A stretch of 64,000 nt of DNA, from assembly GCA_036497895.1 (NCBI GenBank), contig DASXIR010000153.1:209-64208 (forward strand), read 5' to 3'. The translations under genes were made by a program, and so were the position numbers. Under the pieces are notes generated by a model. That model saw only the letters and a program-made list of their open reading frames with translations. It had not been told where the DNA came from and searched no databases. Shown here piece by piece: positions 35,708 to 43,487 of this stretch. How positions within the stretch are numbered: position 1 is the stretch's first letter; each line of letters opens with the position of its first letter. Origin of the DNA: Vicinamibacterales bacterium. GTDB taxonomy: Bacteria; Acidobacteriota; Vicinamibacteria; Vicinamibacterales; CAVVIG01.

Positions 35708-36499
35708 CTAGCGTCCATCGCGGAACCCCCATCGAACCGACGGCAGCCGCTCGGCCCGGCGGATCACGAAGTCCAGCGCCAGACCGATCAGGCCGATCAT
35801 GATCATCGCGGCGACGACCAGGTCGTAGCGCTTGCCGGAGTTACGGGCATCGATGACCAGGTAACCGAGCCCGGAGTTCGAGGCGATCATTTCCGCCGCC
35901 ACGACCACCAGCCACGCGATTCCGAGCGCGATTCTGAGACCGACCAGCATCTGCGGCAACGCCGCCGGCAGGACCACCCTCGTGAGAAGCTTCGCCGGCG
36001 ACAATCCGAAATTCCGCCCGGCGCGGCGATACATCGCCGGCACGTTACGGACGGCGTTCATGGCGGAAACGACGATCGGAAAAAACGCGGCCAGGAAAAT
36101 CAGGTAGACGGCCGCCGTGTCGGTGATGCCGAACATGATGATCGCGACCGGAATCCACGCAATCGGGCTGATCGGCCGCAGAATCTGAATCGCCGGATTG
36201 ACGACGGTTGCGGCCGCGGGATACCAGCCGAGCAACAGACCGCATGGAATGCCGATGAGGATGGCGCTGCCATAGCCAAAGGCGACGCGCCGCAGCGAGT
36301 CGCCGATGTATTGCCACAGCAAGCCGCCATTCATCAGCTGGGCGGTCCCGCGCTCGACCGCGAGCGGTGATGGGAAGACGTCCGTGTGGCTCCACTTGAC
36401 CGCATAGTTCCACATCAGCAGCAATGCGCCGGCGGTGAGGAGCGGCAGAACCAGCGGCTCCAGGCGCTCCTGCATCGGGGTCGATCCCGCGGTGCTCAT
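35708..36499 (-). CDS. ABC transporter permease (NitT/TauT nitrate-sulfonate-bicarbonate type)
   Basis: 263 aa, about 6 TM segments. AVRNVPAMYRRAGRNFGLSPAKLLTRVVLPAALP (EAA-loop region typical of SsuC/TauC-like permeases). It overlaps the ATPase gene by 4 nt. Confidence 0.85.
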   Translation of the reverse strand: MSTAGSTPMQERLEPLVLPLLTAGALLLMWNYAVKWSHTDVFPSPLAVERGTAQLMNGGLLWQYIGDSLRRVAFGYGSAILIGIPCGLLLGWYPAAATVVNPAIQILRPISPIAWIPVAIIMFGITDTAAVYLIFLAAFFPIVVSAMNAVRNVPAMYRRAGRNFGLSPAKLLTRVVLPAALPQMLVGLRIALGIAWLVVVAAEMIASNSGLGYLVIDARNSGKRYDLVVAAMIMIGLIGLALDFVIRRAERLPSVRWGFRDGR

Positions 36500-37302
36500 A
36501 CCTTGTGCGCCAGGCCAATGGCTTCGAGGATGCCGTCCCGCAGGGCCAGGTATCTGGACGAGCTGATGTCGCGCGGATGGGCGATGTCGATCGGCACGAC
36601 CTTCTGAATCTTCGCAGGACGAGCACTCATCACGATGACCCGATCGGCCAGCTGGACGGCCTCGTCGATGTCGTGAGTGACGAAGATGATCGTCTTGCGT
36701 GCGACGGCGCAGATCCGAAGAAGCTCGCCGCGCATGATCAGGCGGGTGATCGAGTCAAGGGCGCCGAACGGCTCGTCCAGAAACAGCATGTCCGGGTTCA
36801 CCGCCAGCGCGCGCGCGACCTCGACGCGTTGTTTCATGCCTCCCGAGAGTTCACGCGGGTAGGCTTTTTCGAAGCCCTTGAGCCCGACCAGTTCGACGTA
36901 GTGCGCGATCCGCTGCGTCCGCTCCGATTCAGACAGCGCGCTCAAGCCGAAGCCGATGTTGCCTTCGACCGTGAGCCACGGAAACACGCCGCGCTCCTGA
37001 AACACGAAGACGCGGCGGCGGTCCGGACGGTTGACGATCTCACCGTCGATCCGCACTTCCCCGTGGCTCGGCTTGAGAAAGCCGGCAACGACATTCAGCA
37101 GCGTGGACTTACCGCAGCCGGAGGGGCCGAGCAGGCAGACGAACTCGCCGTCGCCGACCTCGATGCTCACGTCATCGAGCACGTTAATCTCTTCACCGGT
37201 GCGGCCGAAGGTCATGCTGATGTGATCGGTGCGAAGCTTCGCCCTGAGCCCGGCCGGCCTGGCGTGGGCGATTTCCTGCAACACGGCCGTAGTGCTAATC
37301 AT
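36496..37302 (-). CDS. ABC transporter ATP-binding protein (NitT/TauT type)
   Basis: Walker A LLGPSGCGKSTLLN, signature LSGGMKQRV, Walker B MLFLDEPFGALD. ATG 37302 overlaps the upstream permease stop by 8 nt. The track ORF start 37380 is rejected. Confidence 0.9.
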   Translation of the reverse strand: MISTTAVLQEIAHARPAGLRAKLRTDHISMTFGRTGEEINVLDDVSIEVGDGEFVCLLGPSGCGKSTLLNVVAGFLKPSHGEVRIDGEIVNRPDRRRVFVFQERGVFPWLTVEGNIGFGLSALSESERTQRIAHYVELVGLKGFEKAYPRELSGGMKQRVEVARALAVNPDMLFLDEPFGALDSITRLIMRGELLRICAVARKTIIFVTHDIDEAVQLADRVIVMSARPAKIQKVVPIDIAHPRDISSSRYLALRDGILEAIGLAHKV

Positions 37303-38077
37303 CCGAATATCCCCAACTGATGGACGGAACTTTCTCCAGCGACTTGACGCCGATATCGAGCAGCAGCCCGATGACCCCAATCATCACCATGCCGGCGACG
37401 ACCAGGTCGTAGCGGTTGCCGGCGTTACGGGCGTCGACGATCAGGAAGCCGAGGCCGGAGTTGACGGCGATCATTTCCGCCGCGACCACAACCAGCCAGG
37501 CAATGCCGAGCGTGATGCGGAGCCCGAGGATCAACTGCGGCGTCACGGCCGGATACAGCACCCGAAAGACGATCTGCGAACGCTTCAGGCCGAAGTTGCG
37601 ACCGGCGTTCAGATAGACATCGGGAATGCTGGCAACGGCGTTCATCGCGGTGACGGTCAGCGGCAGGAACGAAGCGAGGAAGATCAGGAAAATCGCCGCG
37701 ATGTCGCCGACGCCGAACCACAGGATCGAGATCGGAATCCACGCCAGGGGAGAAATCGGGCGCAGCAACTGAATGATCGGGTTGAAGGCATACTCCGCCC
37801 GGCGGTAGAGGCCGAGGGTCAGGCCGATCGGAATGGCCAGGATGGCAGCGAGCGCGAAGCCCCAGGTCACGCGAAACAGCGAGGCGACCACGTATCGCAT
37901 CAAGCGGCCGCTGACCGCCAGTTCGACCAGCGCTTTGGCGACCAGCCACGGTGTCGGCAGAATCGGCGCCCGCTGAACTCCGATTGCAACTTGCCAGACC
38001 AGCAGCAGCACCGCGATGAACGCAATCGGACCGTATCGGGCGATGGCTGTCGAGGATGTTCGAACCGGTGGTTTCAC
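37295..38077 (-). CDS. ABC transporter permease (NitT/TauT type), second copy
   Basis: 260 aa, GTG start. VASIPDVYLNAGRNFGLKRSQIVFRVLYPAVTP. Paralogue of 35708..36499. Confidence 0.85.
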   Translation of the reverse strand: MKPPVRTSSTAIARYGPIAFIAVLLLVWQVAIGVQRAPILPTPWLVAKALVELAVSGRLMRYVVASLFRVTWGFALAAILAIPIGLTLGLYRRAEYAFNPIIQLLRPISPLAWIPISILWFGVGDIAAIFLIFLASFLPLTVTAMNAVASIPDVYLNAGRNFGLKRSQIVFRVLYPAVTPQLILGLRITLGIAWLVVVAAEMIAVNSGLGFLIVDARNAGNRYDLVVAGMVMIGVIGLLLDIGVKSLEKVPSISWGYSDD

Positions 38078-38253
38078 GCGAGTGCCAGCCGATCAGCGCG
38101 CTGCAGCAGCAGAAATAGCGGCCGGTGAAAGTTGAAGCAAGCTGGGATTCTACGTCAGCAATCCCATCCACGACACGAAGGTTGGAGCTCAAACCATCGT
38201 GCCGGCAAAGGCACTAATGCCTTTGCACTACTCGCGCGTGGCCGAGGGAGAGG

Positions 38254-39501
38254 TCAGGTGCGGGGGTTTTCGAGACGCATCGCGAGCGGGTAGCCGCGCT
38301 TTCGCGAACCCGCCGCTTCGTCGCGCGCGTGCTCGATCAGTTCGGCTTCGAGTGCGCCCTTGGGCTGCCAGTCCTCGAGCAGGCCCGGAAGATACCAGTC
38401 GAAGAACACCTGGCTGTAAATCAGCCCGTTCTGGAACGCGGCGCGGATCGATCGCTCGAACGGAATGGCGCTCTGCTCCAGCACGTTCGGCATGTCCTCG
38501 CTGTTCATCATCGCGAACGCGAAGGCCGCGCCGTGCACCGCCGGTTCAACGCGATCGGCAGGATACGTGGTCGCTTCTTCGATCGCCTTGTAGATGCTCA
38601 TGTTGCTGAACGCGACCAGCCGGCCGTAGCCATGCACGATCAGCCGCTGCAGATCCGGCGGATATTGCTTGAGGTAATCGCCGAACAGATTGGCGGCGTT
38701 GGGACCGTCCGGTGCGTCGAGACGAATCAGCCCGAGCGATCCGCTCATCAGCTTGAAGAAGCCGCGTTCGTAAATCCGCAGGATCGCGCCGATACCCTCG
38801 TAGGCGAAACCCAGATAGTCCGGCGCGCAGGTGCTGGCAAACAACGCGTTCAACCTCGCGACGTCGAACACCATCTCTTCGGTCGAACCGGAGCCGAAGC
38901 CGACGTGCGCGATCGGCAGCACCTCGCGCGGCAGCTTGGGATCGGCCAGCGAATTTTCAGGAAGAAGATGCTTGCCGATCGAGGTGGCCAACCCTTCGGA
39001 CTTCCACAGGCCGGTGACCGCCTTGGCGCGCTCGACCGGACGTCCGAGCGAGTCGTGTTGATAACCGGTCAGCCGCTGGACGAGATCTTCCTGCAGCACG
39101 CCATGATCGACGGCGCCGGACGCAACGGTCTTGACGCCTGCCACCCGGCGCGGAACGCTCGTCATCAGCGGGATGGTGAGCGCGGAGGTGGATCCAGCCG
39201 GCGCCTGACCTTTCGGCACCATGCCGACCGCATGAAACGCGGCATCGACGATTCCGCTCTGCACGTTGGCGCCGACCGCGAACGCGGTACGCACGGCGCC
39301 CGACAACTGACCGCCCGCGGCTTTGGTGACTTCGTCCAGCGACGGCGTGCCTGGTTTCGGCCGCGATACCAGCGACGTCACCTGACGCGCGGCCAGCAGC
39401 GACATCGCGAGGGAAAATTTGCCGACTGACTTCATGAAGTCGCCGGTGCTCTGCATCATGTCGGTCAAGAGGCCACTCCTCGAACCAGGCTGATCCGCCA
39501 C
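38254..39501 (-). CDS. Hypothetical protein, DUF1702/UnbL-like (tentative)
   Basis: 415 aa. The blocks YLGFAYEGIGAIL, IAHVGFGSG, LIVHGYGRLVAF and AVHGAAFAFAMMN resemble, from memory, the GFAYEGxxM / GxGFAxAR / DGYGF / GxGRxLWF blocks of DUF1702. It is a distant paralogue of 47383..48759. Confidence 0.5.
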   Translation of the reverse strand: MADQPGSRSGLLTDMMQSTGDFMKSVGKFSLAMSLLAARQVTSLVSRPKPGTPSLDEVTKAAGGQLSGAVRTAFAVGANVQSGIVDAAFHAVGMVPKGQAPAGSTSALTIPLMTSVPRRVAGVKTVASGAVDHGVLQEDLVQRLTGYQHDSLGRPVERAKAVTGLWKSEGLATSIGKHLLPENSLADPKLPREVLPIAHVGFGSGSTEEMVFDVARLNALFASTCAPDYLGFAYEGIGAILRIYERGFFKLMSGSLGLIRLDAPDGPNAANLFGDYLKQYPPDLQRLIVHGYGRLVAFSNMSIYKAIEEATTYPADRVEPAVHGAAFAFAMMNSEDMPNVLEQSAIPFERSIRAAFQNGLIYSQVFFDWYLPGLLEDWQPKGALEAELIEHARDEAAGSRKRGYPLAMRLENPRT

Positions 39502-39555
39502 GGGGATTCTCCGCGCCGATTATAAGCTGAATCGTCGAGTCAGCCGGGACGCGGA

Positions 39556-40194
39556 CTAGGCTCGCGGAAAGCGCGATTCCGACCGGACCGCGGCGATCTG
39601 GCTCTGATGGCGGCGCTCGTGACGAGCGAGAAACATCAGCATGTGCGGGACGTCGTTGGCGCCCATGAGCGGGTGTTCGGACACCATCGTGCTGAAGTCG
39701 AGGTCGCGGTTGCCATGGATGAGCTCGCGCGTCTCCGCGAACGCCGCACGCAGGTCACCTGTCAATTCTGCCGCGGGCCGGTGTCCCCGAGGCGTGGCGG
39801 CGTCGGGATTGCGCGTCGGCAGAATCGGAAACTCCGTGATCATCCCGATCACCGCGTCCGGTACGAATCGATTCACGAAGCCAAGCGGCGTCTCGAGCAT
39901 CGACAGCACAACGGTCGGGATGTGCAACGGCGACACGTTCACTTCGGCAAACGAACGTCTCAACCGAGCCGGCTTGCCGGCGCGCTGAAGTTCGACCAGA
40001 CGGCGGATTTCGTCGCGCCACAGCAACTCGGACAACCGCAGATGATCCACGATCTCGCCGATCGACCAGCGGCCCTGCCGCGGCGAGAAATCAAACTGCG
40101 CCTGCGACAGCGGCGCAATCGTCGCCAGTGTCTGCGCTCGAACGCCGCCGAAGGCCTGCAGACGTTCCTCGAGCGCCGCAGCTGCCGGCGTCAT
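39556..40194 (-). CDS. DinB-superfamily (DinB_2-type) protein
   Basis: 212 aa. WSIGEIVDHL (first metal-binding His region) and a C-terminal HMLMFLARHERRHQSQI four-helix-bundle His triad pattern. ATGA overlap with the upstream oxygenase stop. Confidence 0.75.
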   Translation of the reverse strand: MTPAAAALEERLQAFGGVRAQTLATIAPLSQAQFDFSPRQGRWSIGEIVDHLRLSELLWRDEIRRLVELQRAGKPARLRRSFAEVNVSPLHIPTVVLSMLETPLGFVNRFVPDAVIGMITEFPILPTRNPDAATPRGHRPAAELTGDLRAAFAETRELIHGNRDLDFSTMVSEHPLMGANDVPHMLMFLARHERRHQSQIAAVRSESRFPRA

Positions 40195-41612
40195 CCCTGG
40201 TGCTTCGAAAACGAGGAGTGAAACAGCGGCGGCAGAGCTGACGGCACGCGCAGCGTCGCCACCGGCCCGGCTGACAGGCGGAACGCATCGAACAGGACGA
40301 ACGACGACCGGCAGTGCTCCGCGTCGAAGAGCTGACAGAGGATCGTCCCCTGATTCGATCGCGACGGATCCGGCACGAACAGCGGCTCACCGCCGAAATA
40401 ATGTCGCGGCGGCGCGCCGAACACTTCGGCCGACCGGGTCGGCCAGTCGATGCGGACCACCTCGTCGAAGAACTTGCGGCCCGCATTCCCGGCGCGGCTC
40501 ATTCCCAGCATCCAGAAGTGATCGTAGGGCAGCCCGGTCAGATCGGGATCGTGCGCCGGAAAGTCCGGCGAGTTCGAGTACCCGACTTCTGCCCGCTCGA
40601 TCACCGAACCGGCAGCAAGGTCGACCGTCAACCGCAGCGGCCGTCCCCGGAAGCTGTCCGAGAACAGGTTGGGAATCGTCTGGTACTCGGGATACAGCGG
40701 CTTGTCGTAGTCGACAATGTCCACGATCAAGTGGCCGTCGCGCTCGAAGGCGTTGATCATGTGCAGGCAATAATGATCGCCGACCTCCAGCCGCGCCACC
40801 TCCTCACCGGTGTCGCGGGATGCGACGATCAACTGGCTGCCAAGCTCCGGCTGCCACGACAAGGCGTCCATCACGGTCGCGCCGTCCTGAATCAACGCCT
40901 CCATCCGCAATATGAGCGGGCTGACGTAGATGACGATGAAGCGCTCGCTGATCGCGAAATCGTGGGTGGACGCCGGATAGGGCAGCTTGAGCCGCTTGCG
41001 ATATTTCAGTGCGCCATCGGCGCCGAACCGGAACAGGTTGATGATCGGGTTCGCCGCAGCAAACGCGACGCAGAAGTTGAACAGCTCGCCGGTTCGATGA
41101 TCGACCTTCGGATGCGCGCTGAACGGCGTCACCTCGTTCAATTGCTGATCGAACGTGTAGAGGCCACGGGTCTCGCAGGTGCGCGCATCAATTTCCCACG
41201 GCAGCCCCTGTTCGCCGAACGCCAGGAGCCTGCTGCCGAACGGGTAGACGCTGACATTGACCGGCGACTCCAGGCCGACGCCTCGCTTCAATTGATCGCC
41301 TTCGAACGCGGTCCCGAACGTGCGGAACAGCGGCTTGCCCGCGGCGTCTTCGCGGACGAACTTCTCACTGCGCACGAAACGGTTGCTCACGCGGACGCCA
41401 TCCGGCCCGAAATCGACCGCGCAGACCATGCCGTCGCCGTCGAGCCAGTGCTTGTATTTCAGGCCGGCCCGTTCGAAGCGCGCCGGTCCATTGAAATACG
41501 CGGTACCACGGAGATACGACGGAATCGTGCCCTCAACGTCGAGCGCAATCTGCGCATGCTCGATCACCTCGATGCTGAACGCACGTTCGACGAAGGGCGC
41601 CAGGTCTTCCAC
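40191..41612 (-). CDS. Carotenoid/stilbene cleavage oxygenase (RPE65/CCO family)
   Basis: FNGPARFERAGLKYKHWLDGDGMVCAV, with His-containing blades (FSAHPKVD, STHDFAISE, CLHMINAF). The ORF opens at 41717, but that would overlap the halogenase by 106 nt. GTG 41612 overlaps the halogenase stop by 1 nt (TAGTG). Confidence 0.85.
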   Translation of the reverse strand: MEDLAPFVERAFSIEVIEHAQIALDVEGTIPSYLRGTAYFNGPARFERAGLKYKHWLDGDGMVCAVDFGPDGVRVSNRFVRSEKFVREDAAGKPLFRTFGTAFEGDQLKRGVGLESPVNVSVYPFGSRLLAFGEQGLPWEIDARTCETRGLYTFDQQLNEVTPFSAHPKVDHRTGELFNFCVAFAAANPIINLFRFGADGALKYRKRLKLPYPASTHDFAISERFIVIYVSPLILRMEALIQDGATVMDALSWQPELGSQLIVASRDTGEEVARLEVGDHYCLHMINAFERDGHLIVDIVDYDKPLYPEYQTIPNLFSDSFRGRPLRLTVDLAAGSVIERAEVGYSNSPDFPAHDPDLTGLPYDHFWMLGMSRAGNAGRKFFDEVVRIDWPTRSAEVFGAPPRHYFGGEPLFVPDPSRSNQGTILCQLFDAEHCRSSFVLFDAFRLSAGPVATLRVPSALPPLFHSSFSKHQG

Positions 41613-43402
41613 TACGCCCCCGATCCGCCGGCGGCCGCGCCGGTCAGCTCCGTTGCCTGGGTCCTGCGCGGCGTCCTGAACCCGAAGGCCGCCTCCGGAT
41701 TCCATCCCATCGGCCACATGTAGCGTTCCGAACAGGCCGCGTGCGCCGCGTAGTCCGCGGCCATTCGTGCCGGATCGAATGACAGCTTCTCGAGGTCGAG
41801 GCTGGACACGAACGATTGATTCCAGACAATTGCCGGTTCGTCGAGCACCATCGCGTAGACGTGTGCGGCGATGTAGCGCGCCAGCGTCATCGTGTTCGCG
41901 AACTGCTGGTCGAGAACGGCGCGCGCCTCGTCTATGGACACACCGACTTTATAGAAGGTCAGCTCGGCGACGCTGAGCGCGTGGATGTCGAAGAAGTCGA
42001 AGAAGACCGGGACGGTATTGGGTTCCCGGTTGATCTTTTTCCAGTGGTAGTACTGCTGCAGCAGCGTCAACAGACCGAGATTGACGCGACCGAGCCTGGT
42101 GAAGGTCCGCAGGAAGGCGACGATGAAACGGCGGTCGGTGAAGAGATCGTTGATGAACGGGAAGACGTAGAACGCGAAGTAGATGGTCAGCTCCCACACG
42201 TACTTCAGCGAATGCGCTTCCTGGTCGCCGAGGCAGTCGTATCCAATCTGAAAACTCGGCAGATACGCTGCATAGACTGCGCGCTCCAGTTCTTCGAACA
42301 GCGGTACCTTCGCGTCGAGCTCGGCCTGATCCGTGGTCAGGATCGACTCGACCACCAGCGTGTTGTAAATCGAGATCACGTCACCGCCGGGGCTGTACAG
42401 CGGATCCGACCAGCGGCCGGCTTCCCCGACCATCGCCCAATGACGGCGATCGATCGTCTGCACCGCGTCGAACGAATAGTCGCGGAAGCTGCCGGAATGG
42501 AGAACCGTCCGCTTCGGCAAGTCGCGTTCGAACGCCGGAAAATGCTCGCAAATCCACTTGACCAGCAGCTTTGGATCGTTGACCGCCTCGGGCTTGAGCA
42601 CCCGCGTGTCGTAGACCAGACCGAGGCTGGTGATTCCCGGCAGCGGAATCACCCACAACCACAGCCCCTCTTCGACGAAATGGTTGGTGGCCAGCCAGAA
42701 TGGCAGATGACCGAGCTGCGCGCGCTGCGGGTTGAGACGAATCTGTTTCGGCGTAGAGTCGGTCAGATTCTCGTAATTGAGAAGACCCTCCACCCACAGG
42801 AACGACGCGCCGTGACGGATGTTGTTCGACTTCTGAAGGTTGAGTTTCTTCTGCAGCACGTGGGCGCGGCCGGCGCAGTCGACGACCCAGCGCGCGGTGG
42901 CGGTCTTGCGCTCGCCGTCCACCACGTACGACACGGTGTGCGGGCCGCCTTGTTCGTCGAGATCGATCGAGAGATCGAGCGCGTGGCGATCGAAGGTGTA
43001 GCGATCGCCGGCCGCGAGATTGCGGCCGAGCAGCTCGCGTTCGAGCTCGTTGCGATTCAGCTGATAGCTGGCGACGTTGGACATCCGACGGATGTACGAC
43101 TGGCTGTAGTTCTCGATGCGGGTCGGGTCCAGGCCCTCGGTCTTCCAGATGAAGCGGAGGTTGTACTTCATGTAGTGCTCGCGAATGAGGTATTCCTCGA
43201 GCTCGAGCACCTTGGACCAGTAGTAGCCACTCACCTGAACCGTGGCTTCGCCAACTTTCTGTGCGGCCGGAGGCACCTGCAGTCGCTTGTCCACAGCCAG
43301 GATCCTGACCCCGGCGTCGGCCAGCAGCAGCTGTCGCGCCAGCGACAAGCCCGCCAGCCCCGCCCCGACGATCACCACATCAAATTTGGACGGCTCGCTC
43401 AT
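41612..43402 (-). CDS. Flavin-dependent halogenase-like protein (tryptophan-halogenase family)
   Basis: 596 aa. N-terminal FDVVIVGAGLAGLSLA (GxGxxG), KVGEATVQ, GLWLWVIPLPG (the WxWxIP motif that distinguishes halogenases from monooxygenases), and DPLYSPGGD. A candidate catalytic Lys lies in HYMKYNLRF. There is a long C-terminal extension. Confidence 0.7.
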   Translation of the reverse strand: MSEPSKFDVVIVGAGLAGLSLARQLLLADAGVRILAVDKRLQVPPAAQKVGEATVQVSGYYWSKVLELEEYLIREHYMKYNLRFIWKTEGLDPTRIENYSQSYIRRMSNVASYQLNRNELERELLGRNLAAGDRYTFDRHALDLSIDLDEQGGPHTVSYVVDGERKTATARWVVDCAGRAHVLQKKLNLQKSNNIRHGASFLWVEGLLNYENLTDSTPKQIRLNPQRAQLGHLPFWLATNHFVEEGLWLWVIPLPGITSLGLVYDTRVLKPEAVNDPKLLVKWICEHFPAFERDLPKRTVLHSGSFRDYSFDAVQTIDRRHWAMVGEAGRWSDPLYSPGGDVISIYNTLVVESILTTDQAELDAKVPLFEELERAVYAAYLPSFQIGYDCLGDQEAHSLKYVWELTIYFAFYVFPFINDLFTDRRFIVAFLRTFTRLGRVNLGLLTLLQQYYHWKKINREPNTVPVFFDFFDIHALSVAELTFYKVGVSIDEARAVLDQQFANTMTLARYIAAHVYAMVLDEPAIVWNQSFVSSLDLEKLSFDPARMAADYAAHAACSERYMWPMGWNPEAAFGFRTPRRTQATELTGAAAGGSGA

Positions 43403-43435
43403 TCCACGGTCTCGCCAAGATCCGAAAGATTTAGA

Positions 43436-43487
43436 TAAATCCTCAGATCCTTAAATCCTCAAATCCTCAAATCTTCAAATCTTCAGA
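43436..43487 (-). repeat. Tandem octamer array TGA(A/G)GATT (gene-sense strand), SD-like
   Basis: On the minus strand it reads TGAAGATT TGAAGATT TGAGGATT TGAGGATT TAAGGATC TGAGGATT. The first two units encode the last residues (..EDLKI) of the 769-aa protein. The third unit supplies its TGA stop (43469-43467). The rest fills the gap before the halogenase start. Confidence 0.85.

Noticed and set aside
37425-38192. 255-aa minus-strand ORF starting in the 38078-38253 gap (MSSNLRVVDG..FCCCS..), considered as a possible precursor peptide
   Set aside because: It continues for more than 200 aa out of frame through the permease gene with Arg/Pro-rich composition. No stop delimits a small peptide.
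40191-41717. 106-nt overlap between the oxygenase and halogenase genes as a real feature
   Set aside because: The extended N-terminus (MADGMESGGGLRVQDAAQDPGNGADRRGRRRIGG) is low-complexity. An in-frame GTG at 41612 gives a 1-nt stop/start overlap, consistent with the other junctions in this operon.
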